This document shows positions 1 through 10,742 of a DNA stretch of 33,996 bases, piece after piece. The DNA is taken from contig WELB01000023.1 of NCBI GenBank assembly GCA_009602725.1, positions 857,977-891,972 of the forward strand, given 5' to 3'. Below the pieces are notes generated by a model. It had not been told where the DNA came from, searched no databases, and saw only the letters and a list, made by a program, of their open reading frames with translations. Within the stretch, counting starts at the first letter, position 1, and each line of letters opens with the position of its first letter. This DNA is from Spirogloea muscicola. Its lineage: Eukaryota. Made by a program: the position numbers and the translations under genes.

Positions 1-1781
1 ATTGACACATGATTGAATAATTTTGCAAGGCAATTGTGAAACTTGTGTGACAGCGTAAATTTAAGCATAGCCCTGAAACAATTGTTAGAGGTGTGGCATG
101 TGGGCTCTCCTGCTTTACCTACGATGTTGAGGAGATGTGAGTCCTAGAGCCTATTATCGATCCGCTGAACATTGCTCCAGCGGCACTTCATTATATTTCA
201 GGGTTACTTGAGGTGGACCAATTCTGCCACTTCATCTCTTGTGAGGAGAGACGCCAAGAGACCTAGGTGCACCTGCGCATTCCTCTGCCAATCATTAGCA
301 AATAAAATGCTGACCTCTTTCAATTGAACATGCAGGACATCAGCCGCGTTGATGCCATGTTGCTGTTGGGTCGTGATCTCTGTGACGAGGCAGGGAATGC
401 TCTCCGTCGTCTGCAATCTTCCGCTTTACTCATGGCCCAGCCTAACCATAGCAACGCTACTGCAGCAGGCATTTAGAAGGGTCCCGGCCTGTGAAGATTC
501 CTGGTTTGAGATGTCTAAGCGTCTTGCTTAGCAGAGATTGACTTATGCAGTCCACTTGACACACTCCTGCACTGCTCGGCCGCACTTCAGATAGCTACCA
601 CCGCTTAACTCAAAGTCGTGATTTAGGTCCAGCAGGGACAAGTTGGCAGTGCTGTCTGTACGTAGTATGTCGGGCAAAGCTCATTCTCAAATCCAAACAT
701 GACTAACCAGACGTTTATGACAGTTGAGGAAGGGGTTTTTGACATGGAGGACATTTACAAACTAGTGATTGCTTAAGAGGCCACTGATGTCACATTCCAT
801 ACCATTCATGAGGGGTTTGCTGGATAGAGCTTTGTTAAAGCTCGCTGAGTAAGAGGAAAGAACCGGGCAGGATGCATGACCAACCTCAAATTTGAGTCCT
901 TGCAATGCCTTTTCATGGGATGCGATATGTCAAGCTGCCATCTTCATGGAGGTCATCTGGCTACTCCTTTCAGCATCAAGCTGCTGTCATGGGAGTATTG
1001 ACGGTTTTGAGGACTCCTGACGTTTCCAATGTATGGTTGAATACATACTGAGAGTAGCACTTCGTTGAAGAAGCATGTGCAAATCGCCCGGCTGGACATC
1101 TTACGTCAAATTTCACAAGGGCCCACGACCATCCGCTGTAGCGGGTACAAGCTCAAGCTGATGGACCAACTGCTGTCAGTAATCAAGTTTTTCTCAGTCC
1201 GTATGCAGGCAAACGCTTCAACCAACTGTGATGCATCTATGCTCTGAACGCGATAGGGCATGAATTTTGTGCATTATCTAAGATTGTCTATAGATACCAC
1301 TCATTAGCATTTCTTGGTTGGTTGAGAATCACTTAGTTGGGTGCTCGCTGAACTCCTCAGCCTGTTCTAGGATCCGCCATTTTGGAGTTGGGTCGGCAGT
1401 TCACCCATCTGTTGTATTTGATACTTTTTACTGAATGTGCAATTCATCATGCTATCCATCATCCATGTATGTTGTGCTTGTATGAATCTCAGAGCCAATT
1501 CCTCTCCTGATTATCACGCTGTCTTTCTTAACATCTATAAATCCGTTGTCCTGCATGCCACCTAGATTATGACGTCACCTCTGACCCTGCTGACTTGACT
1601 GGCCTAAGACTGTTGTTGGCAGTCAACGCCTGATGGCATGACAGTGCCTTCTGCGAGGGGAGGCACGCCCCGCTGAGGCTGCAAGAAACAATGTCCTGGC
1701 GAAGGTGTCATCACCCGCATTTTTCTTGTGTAACTCTTCGTCCCTTGACGAGCAGGGGTGTGCATAAGGCAAGGTACGAGA

Positions 1782-1964
1782 AAGAAAGTGCGCGCCCATA
1801 GAAAACAGGGGCTGGCAGAAGCCAGCCGAAAAAGAATGGACAAAATCCAAAGAGCTCCAACAGATGCCGGAAAGAAGGGAAAAGACACAGCTAGGCATCT
1901 AGACAATTAGACACGACAACTCCACAGGAAGCTCAATAACCGCGGGAAGCTCAATACCCGAAGG
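1782..1964 (-). mobile_element. 5'-truncated 3'-end copy of a CRE-like non-LTR retrotransposon (hairpin-UTR family B)
   Basis: Minus strand begins CGGGTATTGAGCTTCC (end of the ...RGY-stop region, locally duplicated), then a 3'UTR with the GGCTGGC-TTCT-GCCAGCC hairpin, ATGGGCGCGCAC and a pyrimidine tail. Flanked by an 11-bp direct repeat AAGGTACGAGA at 1771-1781 and 1965-1975. Confidence 0.8.
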
Positions 1965-2042
1965 AAGGTACGAGAGACGGCAAGCATCAGGCCGGGCAAA
2001 GACTTTTGAGGACGACAGGCCTGCTGCAAAACCGCCGGCTGC

Positions 2043-2149
2043 AAAACCCTATACCCTAAAGCCTAAGTCCTGAACCCTAAACCCTTAAGCCAAAAGCCTA
2101 ACCCAAAACCCTCAACCTCTAAACCTAAACCAAAACCTAAAACCATAAC
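2043..2149 (+). repeat. Degenerate interstitial telomere-like array, (CCCTAAA)n variants
   Basis: About 15 imperfect 5-8 nt units (aaaccct, ataccct, aaagcct, gaaccct, aaacct...) resembling the C-strand of the plant TTTAGGG repeat. Confidence 0.7.
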
Positions 2150-2578
2150 GCGTCTCCTGACACATTTGGTGGGGCTTCCTCCTCCATTTTGTCGATTTGA
2201 TCTGGACTGGCCTCCGCAGACGCGGCGAGCCAGCCGACTTCAACGCCGCTGGCTCGTGGGCTCAGGTATACCGGATGCGCCTCTCTGTATCCCTGCAGCG
2301 GTCCATGGCCCACGCTCTGCATCTGCGAGCTGGCCGTGCTCTCGCTGCGGGCTCTGGCTTCGTCAGGGTGATAGCTTCCCGGCAGCTAGTCTGTCGGATC
2401 TGAGGCTCCTCACTCGTAATTACTGAGTGATCCATCCTCCCCCTGTTTTACCATAGCATCCTCAGGCCCCTTTGTAGCTGCTCACCGCTCTTAGGCCCCT
2501 CTGAACCTTTGTGAATTCTTTTTGGGCTGGCTTTTCGCAGCCCTTGCCCCCATTGGGAGTGCCACTTCTTCTTTCACA
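2150..2578 (+). mobile_element. 5'-truncated CRE-like retrotransposon 3' end (RLE C-terminus plus 3'UTR), frameshifted
   Basis: Translates as ...VYRMRLSVSLQRSMAHALHLRAGRALAAGSG / LRQGDSFPAASLSDLRLLTRNY* (stop 2424-2426), homologous to the C-terminus at 27485-28179. Followed by a UTR with a GGGCTG...CAGCCC hairpin and a pyrimidine tail. Confidence 0.8.
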
Positions 2579-2689
2579 GCGATCGCCTTACACCGAAAGA
2601 GCTGCTTCATATCGTGTTTCACAACGAAAATTGCTCCTGTAGGAAGGCGATATCTGTGAGAGGGCAGCCAAAAGCGGTAACTCGTTCTA

Positions 2690-3091
2690 AAGGAAAATTT
2701 CGTGTATTTGGAACAAACATAGGCCAATGGCCAAGTACAAAGGCAAGCAAGCACATCTAAATATCTACATAACCTACAGCAGGTTGACCCGCTCAAAATC
2801 CACGGGTCAAAACATAAAGGTCGCTAACCGATGCATGAATACTAGATGTCAGGTACGAAGCCCTTCTGTCACCAACTAGAGCTCGCCCAGCTTTCTGATG
2901 CAAGGCATTAGCCTGAGCTCGCTGCAAACAGGCCGAAAGTCGACGTCGCAAGAACGACAAATATGCAGCTGGCAAGCCCATTTCAGCCGGAAACACATCT
3001 GCACGTCGTGTGTAGCCTAGATTGGCAATGTTTTGGAGGAGGGTGTGGAATCGAGGACCCAGACAGCCATAGATGTCGATTGCCGCTGGCA
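2690..3091 (-). mobile_element. 5'-truncated CRE-like retrotransposon 3' end (family A)
   Basis: PAAIDIYGCLG...RRRLSACLQRAQANALHQKAGRAL...VSDLYVLTRGF* (stop ends 2793), then the family-A UTR GCGGGTCAACCTGCTGTAGGTTATGTAG...GTGCTTGC...CTTTGTACTTGGCCATTGGCC...AATACACGAAATTTT. Confidence 0.85.
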
Positions 3092-3664
3092 GGAGAAAAA
3101 AGGGGGCGGGGGTTGTGAAAGAGAGAAGGGCGCGCCCATAGAGGAGAGGGGCTGGGAAAGAGAAAAGGCTCGCCCATTGAGGAAAGAAGAAGGCTCGCCC
3201 ATAAAGAAAGAGGGGCTGGCAAAGCCAGCCCAAAAAGAATGGACAATGTCCAAAGCCGAAGAATGAGAAGCCGAGGAAGGACTCCTCTACTCTACCAATC
3301 ACGACAACATACTAGGGAAGCTCAGTACCCGCGAGTGAGCAACATCAGGTCCGAGTAGCTCGAGGCAGGGAAGGAGGCACTGGGCTGGACAGGGGCTGGA
3401 AAAGCCAGCCCAAAAAAGAATGAACAAAGTTCGACAGGGGAAGCGCTAAACCAAAAGGAATAAGCAGCTATTGAATTACTCAGTAGAAAGGGCTCGCCCA
3501 TTGAGGATAGGGGCTGGAAAAGCCAGCCCAAAAGAGAATGAACAAAGTACGAGAAGGGGGCCAGGGGAAGCTGCTAAGAAAGGCAAGCACAAAAAGAAAG
3601 AAAGCAGCTACGAAGCACTCAGTAAGAAAGTGCTTCGTAAGGGAGGACGACTCTTCCAGTAGAG

Positions 3665-3775
3665 AGGAATTTTCGTGCATTTGAAACAAACGAAGGCCAA
3701 ATGGCCAAGTACAAAGGCAAGCACATCTAAGACCTACATAACCTACAGCAGAATGACCCGCTCAGTAACCGCGGG
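3665..3775 (-). mobile_element. 111-bp family-A 3'-end insertion with 10-bp TSD
   Basis: Starts at the TRGY-stop codons and runs through the family-A UTR. TCCAGTAGAG is duplicated at 3655-3664 and 3776-3785. Confidence 0.85.
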
Positions 3776-3794
3776 TCCAGTAGAGGGCGATGGC

Positions 3795-3831
3795 CATTTG
3801 GCCTTGTTTGTTTCAAATACACGAAAATCTT
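3795..3831 (+). mobile_element. 37-bp family-A 3'-terminal micro-insertion with 7-bp TSD
   Basis: CATTTGGCCTTGTTTGTTTCAAATACACGAAAATCTT flanked by CGATGGC at 3788-3794 and 3832-3838. Confidence 0.7.
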
Positions 3832-6800
3832 CGATGGCTGTGATTGGCCAGCTTAGACAACACAATTGAACAAAGTTCGAAGTGCCAGAAAGAAAGAAAG
3901 AAAGTGCTCGCCCTGAGAAAAAGAAGGTGCTCGCCCATTGAGAAAGGGGAGATTTCGTGTATTTGAAACAAACGAAGGCCGAAGGCCAAGTACAAAGGCA
4001 AGCACATCTAAAGAGGGGGCCAGCAAAGCCAGCCCAGAAAGAATGGAAAATGTCGAAAGCCAAAAAAAACACACAGCTAGGCAGCTAGACAATTAAATAC
4101 GACCAAAACACAGGAAGCTCAATACCCACGGGTGAGCAACATCAGGTCGGAGTAGCAGGAAAAGATGCATTCAGACGCGACCCACAAAAAAAAAAACACA
4201 CAGCTAGGCAGCTAGCAAGCGGGCCAGATTCAGTGGTGGCAGACTTCTTGCAGAAGCAGCCGCGATAGCGCGGCCGGCACGCGAGTGGACGGCATGAGCG
4301 AGGGAGCGTTGGAGGGACACGGAGAGACAGAAGGGTTGGACAAGTTCACGGCCACTGTTTACCTCTTTGGCTTGGGATATTGTCCATTCTTTTTGGGCTG
4401 GCTTCTCCCAGCCACCAGTCAATTCGGCCGCGCTTTTCCCCTGAAGAAAATTTCGTGTATTTGAAACAAACATAGGCCAATGGCCAAGTACAAAGGGCAA
4501 GCAAGCACATCTAAGAAGGAGGAGAAGGAGAGGGCGGTGGCTGAGAGAGGCCAGCCCATAAAAAAGAACAAAGTAAGGCGGCTCTCCAATGTAAAGCTTT
4601 CCGGCTGGCTTTGCCAGCCACTCTTCTCTATGGGCGAGCACTCTTACCGGAAAGTAGAAGAAGAAAGTAACAGCTCCGCAATGAAAATCAAGAAGAAATC
4701 CCTCCTCAGTGAAGAAAGACGCTTCCAGGAGAGGAAGAAAGCGGGGCCAGATTGACTGGTGGCTGGGAAGGCCAGCCCAAAGTAATGGACAAGGTCTGAA
4801 GGAGCTGGAGTGCGAAGGAGAGGTTACTAAGAGTTACTGAGAGCCTCCTTGTCGTCTTAGCACTTAGTCCCCTGCTTTCTGCTCCATTCGGCTCCTCTTG
4901 ACCTTGTCCATTCCTTTTGGGCTGGCTTCTCCCAGCCACCAGTCAATTCGGCCGCCCTTTTCCCCTGAAGGAGAGGGCGGTGGCTGAGAGAGGCCAGCCC
5001 ATAAAAAAGAACAAAGTAAGGCGGCTCTTCAATGTAAAGCGTTCCGAAGAGCCTCCTCCCGAACCCAAAGCGCACGAACAGTTCCGCTAGTGACCGCCTT
5101 GTACTGGGGCGCACTGCTGGCCCGCAATTTAGCCCACCGTTCTGCGCAAGGCTCATGCCGTTGGCCCAGCCGGACGTCTCGCGGCCGTCGCGACGCCTAG
5201 GGCAGGGCAGGGCGGCCGGCAGAGCCGCCCTGCCCACTTGGCTGCCCTGTCATTTTGCAAGAGCTGTTTCTCCGGCGGCAGAGCCGAGCCTGCCGCCGCC
5301 AGCAGCGGAAGAAGAAACGAGCTCTCCCAATGAGAGCTCTCCCAATATGTAGGTCTTCAGATGTGCTTGCCTTTGTACTTGGCCATTTGGCCTTCGTTTG
5401 TTACAATCACACGAGATTTCTCTCCTAAGTCTTTTGTCCTTGTCATTCCTTTTGGGCTGGCCTCTCCCAGCCACCAGTCAATCTGGCCGCGCTTGCTTCA
5501 GGTCTTTCGTAGCTGCTTTGTTCCTCACGTGCTTTTGTTCCATTGTCCATTCTTTTTGGGCTGGCTTTGCCAGCCCCTCTTCTCTGTGGGCGAACCCTTT
5601 CTAAGCCTTCCCCTGGCCCCTTCGAACCTTGTTCATTCTTTTTGGGCTGGCCGTTCCCAGCCCCTTTCCTCAATCGGCGAGCACTTCCTTTCCGCTGTGG
5701 TCTGTCAGATGAACAACTGAGCGGGGCCGGTGGCGGCTCCCCAGCGGCGGCGGCGCTCGCGGACAGGAAACGAATATTCGCGCCGTCCTCTCTTGTGCGC
5801 GGCGCGCCCGGCGGCGGCGCACGTGGCAGAAAGCAGACAGTGAGCGGCCGCCACGTGGCAACATGGCGGCCCCCGCGGCAGGCGCTGGCAGATGCCCTCC
5901 CGCCCTAGAGCAGCTCAGCATCTGCGGCGAGGATATTGGAGGGCCCTGCACTCGGTGTGCACTTGGCCGTCTGCTCCGAGTGCCCTTCTGTCTGGTCAGT
6001 GAGTTCCGTGTGCTTTGCGAGCCTCTTTCATGGCTTTGGACATTGTCCACTCTTTTTGGACTGGCTTTGCCAGCTCTTCTCTATGGGCGAGCACTTTCTT
6101 TAGGTAACTGAGGTGACAGTGCGAATGTACCCACATTTGAGCACAATGGAGCTGCCGTGCGGCGGGAAGGCTTCTGATCTCCCGGCTGGCGAGGACGTCG
6201 CCGGCGCCGTCTGGGGAGGCGTCGGCCCCCCCCGCCCACCTCCAAGCAATGTGTTGGCTCAGATGGGCCACCCCATCATTTCATGCGCAGGGCGCGCCGT
6301 CTCCCGGCCGCCCCGTCATCCACATCCACACCGAAACTCCCGCCGAGTGCGCGGGCCCCCCCCCGGCACCGTCCACCCGGCGGCCGGGCCGAGCTCCAGC
6401 TCCCCGCCCCCCACTGACTGACCTTCCTTCACCGCCAGCCCCCTTGGCCATAGCTCATCCTGCTTGCTCGCAGCCCGTCTCTGGCGAGCGTCCGACCCCC
6501 CGCGCCGGCCCCCTTCCACAGGTGGGCTCTCGCCGCTCCGCCAGCCCCGCTCGCCGATCGCCCTTGTTGCGCTGCCCCAGCGCACAGCCCAAACATCTCT
6601 GGGTGGTGGGGAAGAGGAGGACTCAGCGGCACCCCTCCATAGCCCCCTCCAGTCGGCTCTCTCTGGTGCCCGGTTGTGCTGGCCAGCTCGTTCCAACCCA
6701 GGGAGTGCCAAAGTCCGGCCGAGCTGCAGGAGGAGGAGAAGCTCAGTAGCAAGCCCTGGGTGCGCAACCCTCAGGCACACGCCCGCCGGGAGTTCCTTGT

Positions 6801-7103
6801 TACATGAGCGTCCTAGCATGATGGGAGGAGCCAGTAGCGATCGTGTCACTTGTCACTCTAAGCTGGCGCAGCTCCCTCTCCTAGACCGCCTGTCACCACT
6901 TGTCGATCAGAACAGTCCTCACTTTGGGTCGCCTGACAGCAGCCATGGACTTGCAGATACCTTCATTGCCCTTTTCATCGGACTTACTCCCCCTCCTGTT
7001 GTGATTGCTGGAGATGATTGGCATTGCTTGGCAGCGAGCCAAGGCGCGATTCCACTAGTCTCACTCCTGCTTTGCTTGCCACAGGGAAGCCAAATCTACG
7101 CCA

Positions 7104-10100
7104 ATGGCGGCTGTAATGAAAGTGCTCTTGGCTGTGACCGGTCTTGTCGCTCTTGCTTCCATTGTACAGCCTGGTAAGCTGTCATTGGCAGCAAGCTTGC
7201 CAGAAGAATCACCAGCAATTTACCAGATTGTACTCCTCCTGCTGCACAAAATTTGGAATGTGTCAGGAGCCCATCTCTGCAGGTAATCGACAGCGACCAA
7301 TCAATATGCACAGTGGCCCAATTTTGCGGGTGCTTGGTGCTTGGTGCAGTGCTCGGCCATCACGTGGACATCATTGCCTACAACGACCAGCATGGCCACA
7401 TCGAGTCATCTGACCGCTTCTTCAGCCTGTGCTCGAAGAACTCTTCTGCTAACCTGGCTGGTGCAACTTCTAGCGGGCTAATCGACTCGCCCTCACCCTG
7501 TTGCTGTCGGCCGTTGCTTAGAGGAGGATATGCATTGAGGAGGGCACCTGTTACTTCACTGCTCCTGCCAATCAGCCAGAATAGACTGCTCATTGAGCTG
7601 TCATTCTTGACCATGTTGGCTAGCCTGCTTCTGATTGAAGCACCTAAATTCAGGCCTTCTTACCATGCTTGCATGGCTGTCCTGTACAGGCAACTGCCTT
7701 GGTGGCTTCGCCCGCATTGGCACCCTGGTGAAGCAGTGGCGCGCCAAGTTCCCCAAAACTGCGCTGTTTGTGCATGCCGGCGACGAGTTCACGGGTACCA
7801 TCTGGAACCTCGTGTACAATGGCTCTGAGGCCGCCATCTTTGACAACCTTGTGGGCGTCGAGGTTGCTGTAAGTACAGCTTGTGATTCACCGGACATGAT
7901 AACGGTCAGGCTGGTGCTTACATTCTGCTGGCAGTGCCGTTAATTCTGCATTTATCTGGCGCTTGACGCTACTGCCATTGTTCGCGCCTCCATATGTTCA
8001 GACCCTCGGCAATCACGAATTCGACAAGGGCCCCCAGGTCCTGGCTGATAACTACCTGAAGAAAGTCAACTTTCCCATTGTGTCTTGCAATGTGCACGCC
8101 ACACCAGACTCCCCCATCTACGGGCTCTACCAGACCACCCCTCTCGTCAAGAAGCTACCCAAGTATGCATGCAAGAGCACCCTCCTTACATGCCACTGCT
8201 TGCTTGCTTCTGCAGTGCTTGCTCCTGTATCCCCCTGCTAGGCTCATCAATGCTGCTCAGCAGTTGACTTCAGCTCGTTTTGTTGGTGATGATGCTACAG
8301 CGGCTTGACTATCGGCATTGTCGGCTGGACGACCACAGACACCAACACTGACTCCAGCCCTGGACCAACAGTCAATGTTGCTGACTACGCGCCAGACGTC
8401 CAACGGTGCATTGATGAGCTTCTCGCCAAGAACATCACCGCAATCATTGGCCTGGGCCATGCCGGTGTTGATGTGGATCAGGAGGTCATCCGGTCCACCC
8501 ACGGTGAGCATGGCAACACTCGTGCTAGCCTCAGCTTGCTTCTCTTCTTTGAGACATCCGTGGCAGTTACCATCGTGTGTTGTCCCCAGTCACGCTGAGC
8601 TTCAACATGGTGCGTGCAGTGCTCATAGTGCTGCAATATTCTGACCTGGAGACCACTGTCTACGGCATACTGTAGCATGCCATATCCTGAGCAGTGCATT
8701 TCTCTGCACCATCCTCTTAACAATGCAGGCCTCCTTGAGTGCAGATCATGCAGCCACTTGTGCTGATCTGTAAGGGACCTGCTCTGTGTACAGGTCTGAG
8801 CTTGGTCGTGGGTGGCCACAGTCATACATTCATGTGGCCACCCAAGCAAGGATATGCCCCTCTCGCTTACGGCAAGAAATATCCCAAGGGACCTATTGTT
8901 GATAGCAGTGGCTACACTGTAAGTTCAATCCACCAGGATACATTGATGTCCTTCTTTTGGAAAGCACCAACAAACTGCCTATGATGTTTGTATCACAGTC
9001 GAAATAATGCTTGACCAGTATCTCCTGACCACTGCAGACCTTAACATACAAAGTGCGGAACCTTTGGCTGACATAGTCAGCAACCGCTGTGCAGGACCCA
9101 ATCATGGCAGTGAACTACCCTGAGGTCTCCACTGACACCAAGGGAAGACAAGTCCCTTACTACCAGGCACTGTGGGGCACCCATTACATGGGTAAGGCTT
9201 CCTTCCCTCTCCTCTTCTCAGTTACTCAATAAATCTTGCCACAAGCTCTGGTTGCACTGCAGCACCTTAGCAGAGAGAAGGTATTCAGCAGCCTCCTGTC
9301 CTCGTCTTGGATGTGGGCAGACACAATCAGCGCTTGGATCTACGAGGATGGGCATGTGAACATGGGCTTCTGTATTGCCCAGCCCGTGCTGCTCGGAGGG
9401 GCCGCCAGCTCCAACCCGGTTGCAGAGGACCCTGCAGTCACCGCGGTCATCGACCAGCTCCTGCCGCCCATTACCGTGTTCCGCGGCAAGGTAACTTACT
9501 TGTGCCCCTCTTCACTCAGATCATGACGAGGCGTCAATGTTGCCCCAAGTCGCTTGGGACCAGGCTTGATATTTGTGAATTCAAGGCATGATGCTGCAAT
9601 GGCCGCAAGTCGGAGTAACTTGCAGCCGGATAAGAGTGACCCTGACGAAACCCAGAAGTAGCAGCCGGCGAGAAACTCTCCATCTCTGATTCTGATTGAA
9701 TGTGCTGAGATCAGGTCATTGGCCACACCAACCAGAACCTCATTGCCCCGTTCAACCTAGCCAAGCAGCCGGGTGAGAGCAACCTGGGCAATGTAGTGGC
9801 AGACGCTATGGTGTATGCGTTCCAGCACCAGGCCTCATACCCCAATTTCGTCCAGCAATATGGGCCCGTTAACATCGCCGTTACCAACCCTGGCGGCCTT
9901 CGAGTCAACATCCAGGCAGGCGACATCACTTTCGAGCAGGTCAGTTGCCACATGGGGCTTGTACAGCGTTGTGCTTGCTTGTGCCATGGTTTCTTGCGAA
10001 GAAGTCACCTGGACCCTGCATACTTGACTAGCACACATCGCACAGCTGCGAGCATTTTCCATCCATTACTGTAAGAGAGTAGTGCGATGTCACCAGTCTA

Positions 10101-10742
10101 CGTGCCTGAGAATGTCGTTTCTTGGTGGCAGGTCTTCCAAGTCCTTCCGTTTGGTGACTACGATCAGGTTGTGGCAATCAGTGGCTTTGGTCTCAATCTT
10201 GTCCTGAATGCCAACATCCCGTCCAATGGCCAATTCCTGGATGTCGGCGTGGTAAGAGCTCAAACTCACTGCTGCGATGGTGCATCATTGCACAGAAGGA
10301 AGGGCAAGCATTAAAGCAAGGGCGAGCATTTTCTGTATTGTGTTGACTTCTACAATTCTCATACTTATGATGGCAGTATGTGTCCTCTCTTACATGCTGA
10401 GGAGTCCACGATCTTGAGATTCTCTATTGGTGTGTTGCACTGCTCCAGTTCTCCGGCGTAAGAGCTGTACTGGATGCCAGCGACTACAAGACGGCCCACT
10501 ACACAAGCCTGCTGGTGGACAATGGTGGCGGTAACTACGGGCCCATTGACCCCAACAAGACATACTACGTACTCGTGCAGAATTTCATTTATGGCGGCGG
10601 CAGTGGGTATGGAGCGATTGCCCAGTATGGCACGCTCCTAGTGAACTTTGGGCCCCCCCAGTCTGATGATGTTGTGGAGTACCTACAGGCTGTGAGCCCC
10701 ATCAGCGGCAATCTTGACGGACGTCTCATTGTTAACTTCTAG
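7104..10742 (+). CDS. Secreted 5'-nucleotidase/apyrase family protein (UshA/CD73 type; metallophosphoesterase plus 5_nucleotid_C domain), 11 exons
   Basis: Exons 7104-7173, 7350-7460, 7690-7868, 8002-8162, 8301-8503, 8794-8918, 9095-9191, 9321-9490, 9715-9939, 10132-10251, 10449-10742, all GT-AG and phase-compatible. Signal peptide MAAVMKVLLAVTGLVALASIVQP; motifs NDQHGH, GGFAR, AGDEFTG, LGNHEFD, GLGHAG, VGGHSHT, ESNLGN, NPGGLR, VLPFG, GRL. Confidence 0.93.

Larger units (their letters stand above)
3100..6100. repeat. Cluster of stacked/nested retrotransposon 3'-end micro-copies on both strands
   Basis: More than 20 recurrences of three motifs: GT(C/T)CATTCTTTTTGGGCTGGC(N3-5)(G)CCAGCCC...ATGGGCGAGC; GGCTGG...CCAGCCACCAGTCAA(T)TC(T)GGCCGC; and GTGCTTGCCTTTGTACTTGGCC...ACACGA. 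Coding tails SYSDLMLLTRGY* at 3322-3370 and 4119-4157, and LSVSLQRSLAHAVHSRAGRA at about 4265-4330. Confidence 0.85.

Noticed and set aside
5361..5420. U6/snRNA- or tRNA-like gene suggested by GTGCTTGC...
   Set aside because: No U6 ACAGAGA/AGC core, Sm site or cloverleaf; the motif is the family-A 3'UTR.
3100..6100. CRISPR array or bacterial REP/terminator interpretation of the recurring GGGCTGGC-GCCAGCCC palindromes
   Set aside because: Spacing is irregular, both orientations occur, there are no cas genes, the context is eukaryotic, and the motifs are physically linked to retrotransposon ORF ends.
6110..6860. GC-rich overlapping ORFs and a weak GTGACA/TGTCAC terminal inverted repeat
   Set aside because: No recognisable domain, poor repeat match and no TSD.
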